Source: Nitrososphaeria archaeon
Lineage (GTDB): Archaea; Thermoproteota; Nitrososphaeria; JACIWG01
Direction: 5' to 3'
DNA length: 64,000 bases
NCBI GenBank assembly: GCA_050011875.1
Contig: JBEKIG010000002.1
Location: forward strand, 1 to 64,000
Under the pieces are notes generated by a model, which saw only the letters and a program-made list of their open reading frames with translations, was not told where the DNA came from and ran no database searches. Positions 9,764 to 19,841 of the stretch are shown here, one piece after another (the stretch's first letter is position 1; each line of letters opens with the position of its first letter). A program made the position numbers and the translations under genes.

Positions 9764-9826
9764 TAATAGTAATAATAGTAATAATTTGTACAATTTATGA
9801 TAATAATAATTAATAATAATAATAAT
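9764..9826. repeat. Imperfect (AAT)n microsatellite
   Basis: taatagtaataatagtaataat...taataataattaataataataataat. Confidence 0.7.
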
Positions 9827-10463
9827 TTAAACTTTTTATCATTTACCACTTTTCATATGCTAAAATGGATGTTTTTCGGGCTATTTTGCTGGTTTAAACC
9901 CTTATTTGGTCTAGACCAAATATCGTAAGTAGAACACACATTTATAATTTAGAGAGCAAAATTAAGGAAATCAATGGATGATCCATTGTTACAAGTTATT
10001 TTTTATACCAAATATTTTCTCCTAAATCTATTTTATACAAATAAAGAAGATATGTTCGGAATTGAAGACTAAAACCATATTTTTTAACCTTTAGACGGCT
10101 GCTTGCACGCCAAGAACTTTTTAAATTTTGGAGAGGAAGCTTTTAATGTTTTTTAGTAAAAGGTATTCCTAAATGTAACATGCTTTAAGAGATAGAATAA
10201 TTGAATTGCTTTTCTCCAGAATTATCTATCCATTATTATTCTTGATCAGACAGAAAAAGATATAGATCAAACATAAGTATATGTAGACAAAGATATAATG
10301 TTGGTAGCACGATAAATAGGAAGCTTTGCCCTTAAGTTTTTACTACCTGAGCAGCAATATATCTTTGAAGTAAGATGAGGAAGGTAGACATACACCCGCA
10401 ATAGATAGAATAGTTTATTTGCTCTGCAATTTTTGTTAAGATACTTTATATAGATTTCTGAAG

Positions 10464-10727
10464 TTAAGTTCTCATCCACTCTAACCCCAGGCTTCTTTCA
10501 TCAATGATCATCATTGTTAATGTCGACTTGACATTTTCTATCTTTCTTATTTTTCCTGTTATAATTTCATCAAGCTTCTCAATTGTGTCTGCTTGAACCC
10601 TTGCAGCGATATCGTAGGCACCATAAACTGCGAAAGCTTCAACAACACTTTCAATCTTCCTTATCGCCTTTAGTACATCCACTTCAGAACTCATTTCCAC
10701 ATTTATTAAAACAAGGGCCCCTGCCAT
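10464..10727 (-). CDS. Stand-alone Lrp/AsnC ligand-binding (RAM) domain protein
   Basis: ALVLINVE...V.EAFAVYGAYDI.ARV...IRKI..V.STLTM. Confidence 0.85.
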   Translation of the reverse strand: MAGALVLINVEMSSEVDVLKAIRKIESVVEAFAVYGAYDIAARVQADTIEKLDEIITGKIRKIENVKSTLTMMIIDERSLGLEWMRT

Positions 10728-10870
10728 TTCTATTTCACAGTCATAATACGATATGCGCTTCAGTATTTATCTTTTTGGTAATCCATGTTTTTCAACACAA
10801 AGGAAAAGGTCAAGAATCGCAGAAATTATCGGAAAGTTCAAAAATGAAGAAACCGATAAAATCAATCTTG

Positions 10871-11374
10871 TTATTTCTTAATGTATAGAAATAAATTGTT
10901 TACGTATTTCTCGTATTGCCATCCTTCAATCTCCCACCAATATGAAACCACCCTTGCTCCTGTCTTGAGTTCACCTTCTAACTTCTTCCTAATGTTATTA
11001 TTGATTCTACCCTTATATTGAAATACGAATACTACGGTGGCGTCGCTTAAATTGGCTTTAAAGAAGTTTCCAAGTATTATTTTGGCTTTTCTTGCATTCA
11101 GTTTACTTACATAATATTTGATTGGCTCTATTTCTATCCCCGTCACGTTATCGCATATTTTGGATGCTTCAGCTAATGTATGTCCAAACCCAGAACCAAG
11201 ATCGTAAAAGACATCATCCTCCTTTAATTCACATAGTTCTAAGGCTTGTTTTACTGTCTTAGAAGGTGTAGGGGTCCATAATGACCCACCATGAACCCAG
11301 GGCCACACGAACCATAGAAAAAGGAAGATAATTAGCACGATAGCGTATATAATGATAACAATTTCAGATATCAA
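10871..11374 (-). CDS. Class I SAM-dependent methyltransferase with N-terminal TM
   Basis: W.PTP, FYDLGSGFG, GIEI, DATVVF, L..G.RVVS. Confidence 0.85.
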   Translation of the reverse strand: MISEIVIIIYAIVLIIFLFLWFVWPWVHGGSLWTPTPSKTVKQALELCELKEDDVFYDLGSGFGHTLAEASKICDNVTGIEIEPIKYYVSKLNARKAKIILGNFFKANLSDATVVFVFQYKGRINNNIRKKLEGELKTGARVVSYWWEIEGWQYEKYVNNLFLYIKK

Positions 11375-11756
11375 TCTCTTTCACCTTATCCATTTCTAAT
11401 ACCTATATAGGATTAAGAATTAGTCTAAGAAATAGTTTTGAAGCGTTGGAAAAGGAGATTTCTAAGGTTTCAGAGATAGAGAAGATAGTTAAAGAACTCA
11501 AAGAAAAGGCTATGGATAAACTAGCCACACTATATTTTTTATTCTGTCGCTAGTTCTGGCGGTGTGGTCTAATGGTATTTACCTATCACTATCAGCTTTT
11601 TAGAAGGCTCTAAAAATCGTTTCATGTGTTTTAGAGAATTAAATAATTAAAGTATAAATGTTATGTCAAGACTTAACGTAATTTAAGTTCACGTAAATAT
11701 AGGATTTTAGACTCAACAAAATTTTGAACGTACGTTAATCAAACATCTGATCAGCA

Positions 11757-12392
11757 CTAAATGCTATAATTTAGTTCGTTATAGAGTTCTTCTAGGAAAA
11801 CTAACATAAAGTTATGCCTTTTTTCCCCTATTTCTTTCGCGGCCTTTGTATTAAGGTTGTCCTTAACTTTTAGAAGTTTCTCTTTAAAGTGCGTGGTAGT
11901 GGATTTGACCTTAAATGGGTTATAATCTTCAACCTTTTCAAACGGGTTATAAATTGGTGCTCCTCTTGCACCACCGTAGGCAAATGCTCTCGCCACCCCT
12001 ATCGCACCGAGTGAATCCAATCTATCGGCGTCCTGAAGTATTTTTGCTTCTAGACTCCCTGGTTGAAGCTTTTTACTGTATCTGTGATATCTTATGGACT
12101 CTACAACTTTATCGATTTTATCAGAATAAAATCCTATGCCTTTTAGGAATATGCTAGCCATATTTGCGCCTGTTTCAGCATGGTCAACCCCCTCATTTAT
12201 CTCATGTGAAATTCCAATATCGTGGAGAAATGCCGCGGCTTCTATTACATCCATGTCTGCCCCTTCAATTTTTCCTATGTATGCAGCTATTTTGAACACC
12301 CTCTCAACATGATACCAATCGTGTCCGGTTGAATCTGTTATGCATAAAGATTTTGCATATTCAATGATTTTTTCTTCAAGAGTTTTATCCAT
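11757..12392 (-). CDS. HD-domain phosphohydrolase (YedJ-like)
   Basis: GHDWYHVERV, LHDIG, QDADRLD.LGAIG.AR.F, HF.EKLL. Confidence 0.9.
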   Translation of the reverse strand: MDKTLEEKIIEYAKSLCITDSTGHDWYHVERVFKIAAYIGKIEGADMDVIEAAAFLHDIGISHEINEGVDHAETGANMASIFLKGIGFYSDKIDKVVESIRYHRYSKKLQPGSLEAKILQDADRLDSLGAIGVARAFAYGGARGAPIYNPFEKVEDYNPFKVKSTTTHFKEKLLKVKDNLNTKAAKEIGEKRHNFMLVFLEELYNELNYSI

Positions 12393-12529
12393 CGCGATTG
12401 TTGTAACATATCAAATATTATAATTTATTGATGATCGTGTAAAGTTATCGATTTTTATTGTGATGCTATAATTCTGTTTTGCAGCATTATCTTTTTATAT
12501 CATTACCTGACGCCTATTCTTGAGGGCTA

Positions 12530-12811
12530 ATGGTTTCAGTGAAAGTATTGTTTTTCGCAGTCTTTAGAGAGAAATATGGCTTAAAAGAGACAAATCTCGA
12601 GTTTGATGGTACATTGGAAGGTTTTTTAACGGCATTAGCTCTTAAGGTTAACAAAGCAATTGTCGAAGACATCTTTGACTCTGGGACTAAACAAATCAGA
12701 AGCAACTTGATTATAATGATAAATGGAAGAAATGTGAGGGATATAAAAGGAGAAATAAAGTTTAATGACAACGATGTTGTAGCAATTTTTCCTCCGATCG
12801 GTGGAGGCTAG
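12530..12811 (+). CDS. MoaD/SAMP ubiquitin-like sulfur carrier
   Basis: V.V.FFA.FRE...INGR...D.VAIFPPIGGG with C-terminal GG. Confidence 0.9.
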   Translation: MVSVKVLFFAVFREKYGLKETNLEFDGTLEGFLTALALKVNKAIVEDIFDSGTKQIRSNLIIMINGRNVRDIKGEIKFNDNDVVAIFPPIGGG

Positions 12812-12975
12812 CTCAAAGTTGTATTTTATACTTCTATTTTTTTCTTATCTTAACGTTTTTTTACACGTTGTTAGTTTTACAAGGTTAATTTAAAGCCTTA
12901 ATATATCTATAATTAAGGTTTATTCGAGGGGAATGATGCAGGAACTTCTTTTATTATTGTGGAGGTAGATTCAGA

Positions 12976-14622
12976 TTGTGGAAGATACTGTCCACGTTTT
13001 CCACTATCCTATCTAACTTATCCAAAAAGAAGGTCTTGCGCTCTTCTTTCGGTTTCTTCTCCGTTGCCTTCTTTCTTTTTTTTGTGATCATTCCGTCAAT
13101 TTATGTAGTGACCTACGTCCCATTAAATTGGCATGCTATAAGCCTAACGATATTCTCTAATCCTGAAAATACAAAGGAGGTTATTGACAGTTTGGAGGTT
13201 AGCATTGTTCTTGCCTTACTTGTTGCCTCAATTGACATCATAATAGGTATTCCTCTTGCTTTTTACCTTGTAAGAGGGAAGGGACGGGTTCCACAAATAA
13301 TGAATACAATAATAGAGATTCCAATTATAACGCCGACATCAGCTTTGGGTCTCTCCGTTGCTCTATTCTGGCCCGCTATAGCTGAAGGTCCCATCTCCCC
13401 TTTTATAATACTGATGTTGTTACACATTGCGTTTACTATTCCATATATGGTAAGAAGTGTCTCCGCAGCGTTAACTGACTTTGATATCTCATATGAGATG
13501 GCTTCAAAAACATTGGGTGCCCGTTCATTTACAGCGATAAGAACCATTACTCTACCTCTTGTAAAAGCTGGGATTTTGACTGGAACTATCCTTTCAATAG
13601 CTAGAAGTCTTAGTGAGACTGGCGCTACAACTATAGCGTTGACTATAATCAATGCCTTAGGAAAGGTAAACACAGCACCTACATTGATATATATTTGGCG
13701 ATCGCTTTCAGTCAATGATCCTGCATATCTCTATGCAGGCGCTTTTGTCAGTCTTTTATTAATTCTATTGTCATTTGTGCTGTTTTTTAGCGTTAAATTC
13801 TTCATTAGAAGATTCAAGCTTCCGTTGACTAAAGTGTACCTTCCTTTAGAGACAGAATTAAGTAAGAAGAAATGGGGTAACTCGAAAAATATCATTACAT
13901 GCATATTTTTTGTACTAATAGCATTCATTCCGGCTATCTATTCAATGTTCTATGGATTAGGAAACATTGGAATACTGGCTGAAAAGTTTACATTAATAGG
14001 TGACAGCATATTGTACTCTTTAATAGTTGCTTCAATAGTAACGATCATCGACTTACTATTAAGCATTCCTCTCGCTCTCTTTTTAGCTAGAGGTAATAGT
14101 AGGTTAAAAAATATAGTGGACTATCTAGTCGAGATCCCCATAGTATTCCCGACGATTGCTGTTGGAATATCTCTGAATCTATTCTGGGTAGGCCTTGTCT
14201 CAAAGTCAACAGGTTTTAATTTTAGTGCCCTTGTGCTAATAATTTTTGCCCATGTTGCAATAACATTTTCCTTTACAGTAAGAACTGTCGCCGATGCGAT
14301 GAATACATTAGATCAAAGCGTTGAAGAGGCGGCTAAGACATTGGGGGCGACACCTTTTAGCACTTTCTTTAAAGTCGTTTTCCCCCAGATAAAATCTTCC
14401 ATATTCGCTGGTGCGATATTTGCTTTTACAAGAAGTCTTGACGAAACCGGTGCTACACTGGCTGTTGCCCCTGGAGCGATAACCGCTTCTGTATTAATAG
14501 TGAACCTTGTTAACCAGAATATGTTAGCTGAGGCAGGTGCAGCGGCTTTAATGCTAACTACTATATCTTACATTATTCTTTTAATTATTAGGAAAGCAGG
14601 TGGAAAACATGGTCAAAGTTGA
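12976..14622 (+). CDS. ABC transporter fused double permease (oxyanion/Fe3+-type)
   Basis: Two EAA-type motifs (YEMASKTLGA, VEEAAKTLGA) and two R.L.ETGAT motifs. Confidence 0.85.
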   Translation: MWKILSTFSTILSNLSKKKVLRSSFGFFSVAFFLFFVIIPSIYVVTYVPLNWHAISLTIFSNPENTKEVIDSLEVSIVLALLVASIDIIIGIPLAFYLVRGKGRVPQIMNTIIEIPIITPTSALGLSVALFWPAIAEGPISPFIILMLLHIAFTIPYMVRSVSAALTDFDISYEMASKTLGARSFTAIRTITLPLVKAGILTGTILSIARSLSETGATTIALTIINALGKVNTAPTLIYIWRSLSVNDPAYLYAGAFVSLLLILLSFVLFFSVKFFIRRFKLPLTKVYLPLETELSKKKWGNSKNIITCIFFVLIAFIPAIYSMFYGLGNIGILAEKFTLIGDSILYSLIVASIVTIIDLLLSIPLALFLARGNSRLKNIVDYLVEIPIVFPTIAVGISLNLFWVGLVSKSTGFNFSALVLIIFAHVAITFSFTVRTVADAMNTLDQSVEEAAKTLGATPFSTFFKVVFPQIKSSIFAGAIFAFTRSLDETGATLAVAPGAITASVLIVNLVNQNMLAEAGAAALMLTTISYIILLIIRKAGGKHGQS

Positions 14623-15709
14623 ACTGTCTAAGATATCAAAGGCATTCAACGATAACCAGGTGCTTGACAATATTAGGTTGACAATAGAAGATGGGGAATA
14701 CTTCTGTCTAATAGGTCCATCTAGTGCAGGAAAAACCACAACCTTGAAGATTATAGCAGGATTACATGTTCCTGATAGTGGCAAGGTTCTCTTTGATGGT
14801 AGGGATGTAACAAACATCGAAGCATGGGAACGTGGAGCCGTAATGATGTTCCAGAATCCAACACTCTTCACCAACATGAAGGTGCTTGAAAATATTCTCT
14901 TTCCTATGAGAGAGAAGGGAATGAACTATGTTAATTCCCTAAAGACAGCAGAGGAGCTGCTAAGAAAGATACACATGGAAGACCGTGCCGATGCTTTTCC
15001 AAACGAGTTAAGTGGTGGAATGCAACAAAGAGTGGCTTTGGCAAGAGCCATGGCTTCTGGAACGAAGCTGCTATTACTTGATGAACCCTTGGGAGCTTTA
15101 GATGCAAGGCTGAGACTCGAACTAAGAGACGAACTTAGACAGTTTGCAAAGGAGAACGGTTTAACAGTCATACATGTGACTCAGGACCAAGATGAAGCTA
15201 TGGCTGTAGCGGATAGAATTGCCCTGATAAAAGATGGAAAAATAACTCAAGTTGCTAAACCGTCTGAAATATATCTTCACCCATCTTCACCGTTTGTGAT
15301 GAATTTTATAGAGGGAACGAATTTTCTTGACGCTTATGTTGAAGATAAGAAGGACAACATCATGGATTTGGTTATTGAGAATACTTACCATAGGGTGAAG
15401 GCATATGGAAATTTTATGGTCGGAGAACGTGTTCTTGTCAGCCTTAGACCATCCGCGATTAAAATAATAAAGAGAAAAGGTGGTCAGCTTTTTACTCAAG
15501 TCCTACACAAAACTGTTATGGGTTCCTATGTAGTTGTGGATACAGCTCTCTTTGGCCCAAATAAGCCATTAACTGTAGAAACATCATTTAAGGAGGCAAT
15601 GAAGTACGAAGAAAACGATGTCGTTTCTTTAAATATTGACATAGCGGACCTAAAAGTCTTCCGTTATCCTTTACTCGGTTTCATGAAGGAGGTTGAAGTA
15701 TCGATTTGA
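14600..15709 (+). CDS. ABC transporter ATPase with C-terminal regulatory (TOBE-like) domain
   Basis: GPSSAGKTT, LSGGMQQRVALARA, LLLDEP, HVTQDQ.EA. Confidence 0.9.
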   Translation: MENMVKVELSKISKAFNDNQVLDNIRLTIEDGEYFCLIGPSSAGKTTTLKIIAGLHVPDSGKVLFDGRDVTNIEAWERGAVMMFQNPTLFTNMKVLENILFPMREKGMNYVNSLKTAEELLRKIHMEDRADAFPNELSGGMQQRVALARAMASGTKLLLLDEPLGALDARLRLELRDELRQFAKENGLTVIHVTQDQDEAMAVADRIALIKDGKITQVAKPSEIYLHPSSPFVMNFIEGTNFLDAYVEDKKDNIMDLVIENTYHRVKAYGNFMVGERVLVSLRPSAIKIIKRKGGQLFTQVLHKTVMGSYVVVDTALFGPNKPLTVETSFKEAMKYEENDVVSLNIDIADLKVFRYPLLGFMKEVEVSI

Positions 15710-16791
15710 AGTTAAAAGTTGATGGCGTTACGAAAACGTTCGGAAAAATTGTTGCAGTAAATGATGTAAACCTTGATGTAAATGATGGAGAATACGTTGC
15801 AATTGTTGGACCATCTGGTTGTGGAAAGAGCACCCTTTTGAAAATAGTAATGGGGATAACACATCAGGACAGAGGTAAAATAATAGTTGATGACAGAGAC
15901 GTCAGCGATTTACCTCCGGAGAATCGAAATTTAGGTTTTGTTTTCCAAAACATACTTCTTTTCCCCAATATGACGGCATATCAGAACATCGCCTACAGCC
16001 CCATTGTTAAAGATTTTAATCCTCTGCTGAGGAAACAGTTTGTAGAAGAAATGTTTGTATTTGGAAAAATTGATGCTTGGCGAGACTATCTTCCCGCTCA
16101 AATAAGCAGTAGAGGGATTCAGCAAAAAATCTCACTTGTCAGAGCTCTCGCAACAGGTGCGAAGCTGTTGTTGCTTGATGAACCTTTATCTTCTCTGGAC
16201 GCAAGAGTAAGAATTTCACTCAGGTTAGAGGTCAGGAAAATTGTCAAACAACTGGGAATCACGGCAATTCATGTTACCCATGATCAGGAAGAAGCTATGG
16301 CAATAGCGGATAGAATAGTTGTAATGAAAAAGGGGTCCGTAGTTGAGGTAGGAACACCAGAAGAGGTATATATGCGGCCTAAAAACATTTTTACTGCCTT
16401 TTTTTTGGGGAAAGGTAACTTTATCCCGGCTAAGATCATCAGCCGAAAATATAAGTCAAGTATCGCAGCATCAGAGAAAATGGCTTTTGAAAGTGAATCC
16501 CATCTCAATCTAGGCGAGAATGTTGTCGTATTCTTTAGACCAGAGAACGTTATATTTGAAAGGAGAGGTTATAATGATTACACTGGAAAGATAGTTGAAA
16601 AGAGGTTTATTGGACGCCATGTTGACTATATTATAGAGTCTAATGGTGTTAAAGTAAATTCACGATTACTTAGGATAGATGACCCATCGATGGAAGTTAA
16701 CGATGTGATAGATTTCCACATAGAAAAAGAGGATATTATAGTCTACAAGTTTCCTGAGGAGGGACTAGATGCAGCTTTTAAGCTGGAATAG
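15706..16791 (+). CDS. ABC transporter ATPase with degenerate signature motif
   Basis: GPSGCGKST, LLLDEP, HVTHDQEEA; signature reads ISSRGIQQ. Confidence 0.88.
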   Translation: MKLKVDGVTKTFGKIVAVNDVNLDVNDGEYVAIVGPSGCGKSTLLKIVMGITHQDRGKIIVDDRDVSDLPPENRNLGFVFQNILLFPNMTAYQNIAYSPIVKDFNPLLRKQFVEEMFVFGKIDAWRDYLPAQISSRGIQQKISLVRALATGAKLLLLDEPLSSLDARVRISLRLEVRKIVKQLGITAIHVTHDQEEAMAIADRIVVMKKGSVVEVGTPEEVYMRPKNIFTAFFLGKGNFIPAKIISRKYKSSIAASEKMAFESESHLNLGENVVVFFRPENVIFERRGYNDYTGKIVEKRFIGRHVDYIIESNGVKVNSRLLRIDDPSMEVNDVIDFHIEKEDIIVYKFPEEGLDAAFKLE

Positions 16792-17004
16792 GAAGTTTGA
16801 TAACAAATTTCATTATTTAAAAAATTTAATAAAAATGATATTTCAGCACAGTTAAGTGTTGTTTAAATCTTCAGTTTTAAGAAACAATTAGTCTTAAATT
16901 TAGTCGACTTAATACTAACAAAACTTTTATCTATATAATTTTAAACATTTTTTTGACAATCATATAAGTTTATATAATAAATATGAAATATCAGTTAACA
17001 TTGT

Positions 17005-17676
17005 ATGAGCGAAAGACTGCTTGATTGGCTTGCAAAGCGAAGGGAAATAAATGTTGTAAAGATGATTCAGGATCATCTTAGTCTCTGTACGGAATGTGCC
17101 GAAGAAATTGCAAATGCAACTAAAAAGATGATTTTAGGGGACAGGGAAGGAGCAATGCTCAACATTCTTAGGTTAAATTCTAAAGAAAAAGAAGCAGACG
17201 TGTTAAGGGGTACGATAATGAATGAACTTTCAAAGGGTGAATTTTCTCCAAATCAGAGAGACGATCTGATGCACCTTATTAAAAGAGTTGACATGGTCGC
17301 AGATTATGCACGCAGTGCTGGACGCAGCCTCACTCTACTGTCTATGGACAGGTATCCTGATAAGGTGAAAGAAATTTCTATAATATTTGTGGAAAAAACA
17401 TTGGAAAATGTAGCTACGCTACGGAAGAGCGTGCAAAGCCTAACTGTTAATGTCACAGACGCAATGAAATTTGGTGATCAAGTTGAAAGAATAGAAGAGG
17501 AAGTTGATGAACTGCATGCCACCGCAAGAGGAATAATCAAAGATCTTCCCTCATCAGTCATTACGACAGGAGAATTTATTGTTCTCTCTGAATTCTTTAA
17601 CGCATTAGAGATGGTTAACGATTCATGCGAAGATTCGGTAGATTATTTGAGACTAATTGTTGTGAAGTTGAAATAA
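17005..17676 (+). CDS. DUF47/PhoU-like phosphate transport regulator
   Basis: Repeated E.EAD/EEEVD and D..AD/D.CED helical motifs. Confidence 0.85.
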   Translation: MSERLLDWLAKRREINVVKMIQDHLSLCTECAEEIANATKKMILGDREGAMLNILRLNSKEKEADVLRGTIMNELSKGEFSPNQRDDLMHLIKRVDMVADYARSAGRSLTLLSMDRYPDKVKEISIIFVEKTLENVATLRKSVQSLTVNVTDAMKFGDQVERIEEEVDELHATARGIIKDLPSSVITTGEFIVLSEFFNALEMVNDSCEDSVDYLRLIVVKLK

Positions 17677-17770
17677 ATCATTAACAAATTAGCAAAATAT
17701 GATTCTGCTCAGAGATTAATGGTAATACCTGCCGAAGAGTCTCTTGTATGGTCACCTTCATTATAAACAT

Positions 17771-17930
17771 CCAAAATCAGTCAAACTCATGCTCACAGCA
17801 GTCAAAAGCCTTCTCATAGAAAATAATGTTGAACTTTCAGATAGATTCTTGAAAAAACTAGGTAAGAGAGTGAAGGGATCAAGGACTCTAACTGAATGTG
17901 GATAAGCGGAATTCAAATTAGGGATATTGC
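17771..17930 (+). pseudogene. Possible tyrosine-integrase remnant
   Basis: PKSVKLMLTAVKSLLIENNVELSDRFLKKLGKRVKGSRTLT resembles, from recollection, the core-binding segment of archaeal tyrosine integrases; no start, followed by a stop. Confidence 0.4.
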
Positions 17931-18106
17931 AGTTTGAGGGTGTTGAATCATAATGTCTATATTTTATTTGCAGTTGTGGTGACAGTTCATGGAGATATTA
18001 TGTTAACGTCAAACTGTTGACCCAGTTACAGACAAGACGCAAACTTGATAGTAAAAAGAGTTTTAAACTGCCAAGATTTAGTGACTAGAAATGATTAAGG
18101 TACGCA

Positions 18107-19276
18107 ATGTTTGGAAGAGTTTTCAAGATAAAAGTGTGCTTAAAGACGTATCATTTAAATTCGCTCGAGGTGAAATCATACTTGAATGAAGTAATTGATA
18201 GTTTTAAATCTTTGGACGATCTGCGTATTGTTGATAAGTTATATCTGTTCGGTAAAACATCACGCTTGGGCATGGATGAAGAAAGCGCTGGGCTTCTTAG
18301 TGCAATAAAAAAATTCGGTTCTATATCTTTAGCTTCAAGATATGTCGGAAAAGATTATCGCACAGCGTGGACCAAGATAGACGAATTAGAAAAAAGCTTC
18401 GGTTTTAAAGTAATAGATAGAACCTTTGGTGGCTTGGGAGGTGGCAGCGCTAAACTAACCTTGAAAGGAGAGATATTACTTCAGAAGTATTTGCTGGCGA
18501 TGAAAAAAATGGGAAATTTTATAGATTCGATTAGCAAAATCAGACCTGATTTGAGTTTGATGGGAAGTCACTGTAACGCTTTGGAAATTCTAGTTGGTAT
18601 GATGGAGTCTGAAATTAAAAATTTTTTTGTCGAATACATCAATGTTGGTTCAGAAAATGGCGTCAAATTAGTCATTGCAGGTATTGCGGATATTTCTGGA
18701 GTACACTTATTTGATAAGATCAGTGGTGAATATAATAAATTTCTTCTAAAAGACCCCAAATTTGGAAGGAAGATTGCTTTAATAAGAGGTTATTCAAGAA
18801 TACAGGGCATTATTTTGGGTGAAGGCAATCCAAAAAACATTAACTCTCTAGAGGATGTCCTTAGGAGAGATGTTGTCTTTATTAATAGGAACGCTGGATC
18901 CGGTACAAGGATACTATTTGATACTTTAATGAATAAAATAGTTTTAGGAAGAGGTACAAGTTATAGGAAAATCTCTGAAGGAATTCGAGGATACGATAAC
19001 GAAGTCAGATCCCACTTTGAGGTGGGTACGGCAGTTAAGTATGGTAAGGCAGACATGGGCATAGGCATCAAATCGGTCGCGAAACTTCTAAAACTTGACT
19101 TTATACCAATTCAGAGTGAAAGATTCGATTTTGTGCTTTTAAAGGATAAGGTTGACGGAGATAACATAAAAAAATTCTTACAGATGCTTTCCTCGAAAGC
19201 TTTTAGAGAGGAAATATATGAGATGGACCTAGGAATCGAATTTGACGACATGGTAGGGAAAATTATTTCAAGTTAG
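18107..19276 (+). CDS. ModE-like HTH fused to PBP-type oxyanion-binding domain
   Basis: GSIS.A...G.DYR.AW..I..LE...GG.GGG.A.LT HTH; GSH, GS..G, FINRN.GSGTR, E.FDF in the PBP domain. Confidence 0.85.
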   Translation: MFGRVFKIKVCLKTYHLNSLEVKSYLNEVIDSFKSLDDLRIVDKLYLFGKTSRLGMDEESAGLLSAIKKFGSISLASRYVGKDYRTAWTKIDELEKSFGFKVIDRTFGGLGGGSAKLTLKGEILLQKYLLAMKKMGNFIDSISKIRPDLSLMGSHCNALEILVGMMESEIKNFFVEYINVGSENGVKLVIAGIADISGVHLFDKISGEYNKFLLKDPKFGRKIALIRGYSRIQGIILGEGNPKNINSLEDVLRRDVVFINRNAGSGTRILFDTLMNKIVLGRGTSYRKISEGIRGYDNEVRSHFEVGTAVKYGKADMGIGIKSVAKLLKLDFIPIQSERFDFVLLKDKVDGDNIKKFLQMLSSKAFREEIYEMDLGIEFDDMVGKIISS

Positions 19277-19685
19277 AATCTTGGGATTTTTGACCTGTAT
19301 CATCTTCCTTTTTAGCTTCCTCAGTAAATCTCTTAATGACTATTTCCTGCAATTTTTGGAAATACAATCTGGTAGCAAATGGCATCTCAGCGAGATGGGT
19401 GTCTATCGCCTGCATAAAATAAGTAACAGCACGCTTCGATATATCGACCTTGAATTTCATAGGAAAAACAGGGTCCTGCTCAATTATTATTGTATCCCTC
19501 AATTCCTGCGTTGGGCACAACGCCTTTGTTTCATCTTCTACAACATTGTACCACGATGCCAGAATTTCGGGATTTAACCCTTCCTTCGATTCTTCTATTT
19601 CCTCTAGTATTTTCGTCAAGTCTCCTAAACTAAAGGGATCAAACGACATTCTTCCATCCAAACTTAAAATGCATTTCCAGTACAT
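19263..19685 (-). CDS. Hypothetical protein (start possibly Met at MSFDPF)
   Basis: Open 140-aa frame with plausible composition. Confidence 0.55.
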   Translation of the reverse strand: MYWKCILSLDGRMSFDPFSLGDLTKILEEIEESKEGLNPEILASWYNVVEDETKALCPTQELRDTIIIEQDPVFPMKFKVDISKRAVTYFMQAIDTHLAEMPFATRLYFQKLQEIVIKRFTEEAKKEDDTGQKSQDSNLK

Positions 19686-19841
19686 AACTATTTCTTGAAG
19701 TCTTAATATAATTTTATTATAAAGAAGTATCTGCGAGATTAATTAAATGTAAAATAGGATTCAGCCACATAAACACTCAATCTAGATTATGCATGGTGTT
19801 ATTGGATTATTTTTATGTGAAACTGCTTTTTCTAAAAGAAA

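Noticed and set aside
11558-11577. GGCGGTGTGGTCTAATGGTA looks like a tRNA 5' end
   Set aside because: No anticodon arm, T-arm or acceptor complement follows; at most a fragment.
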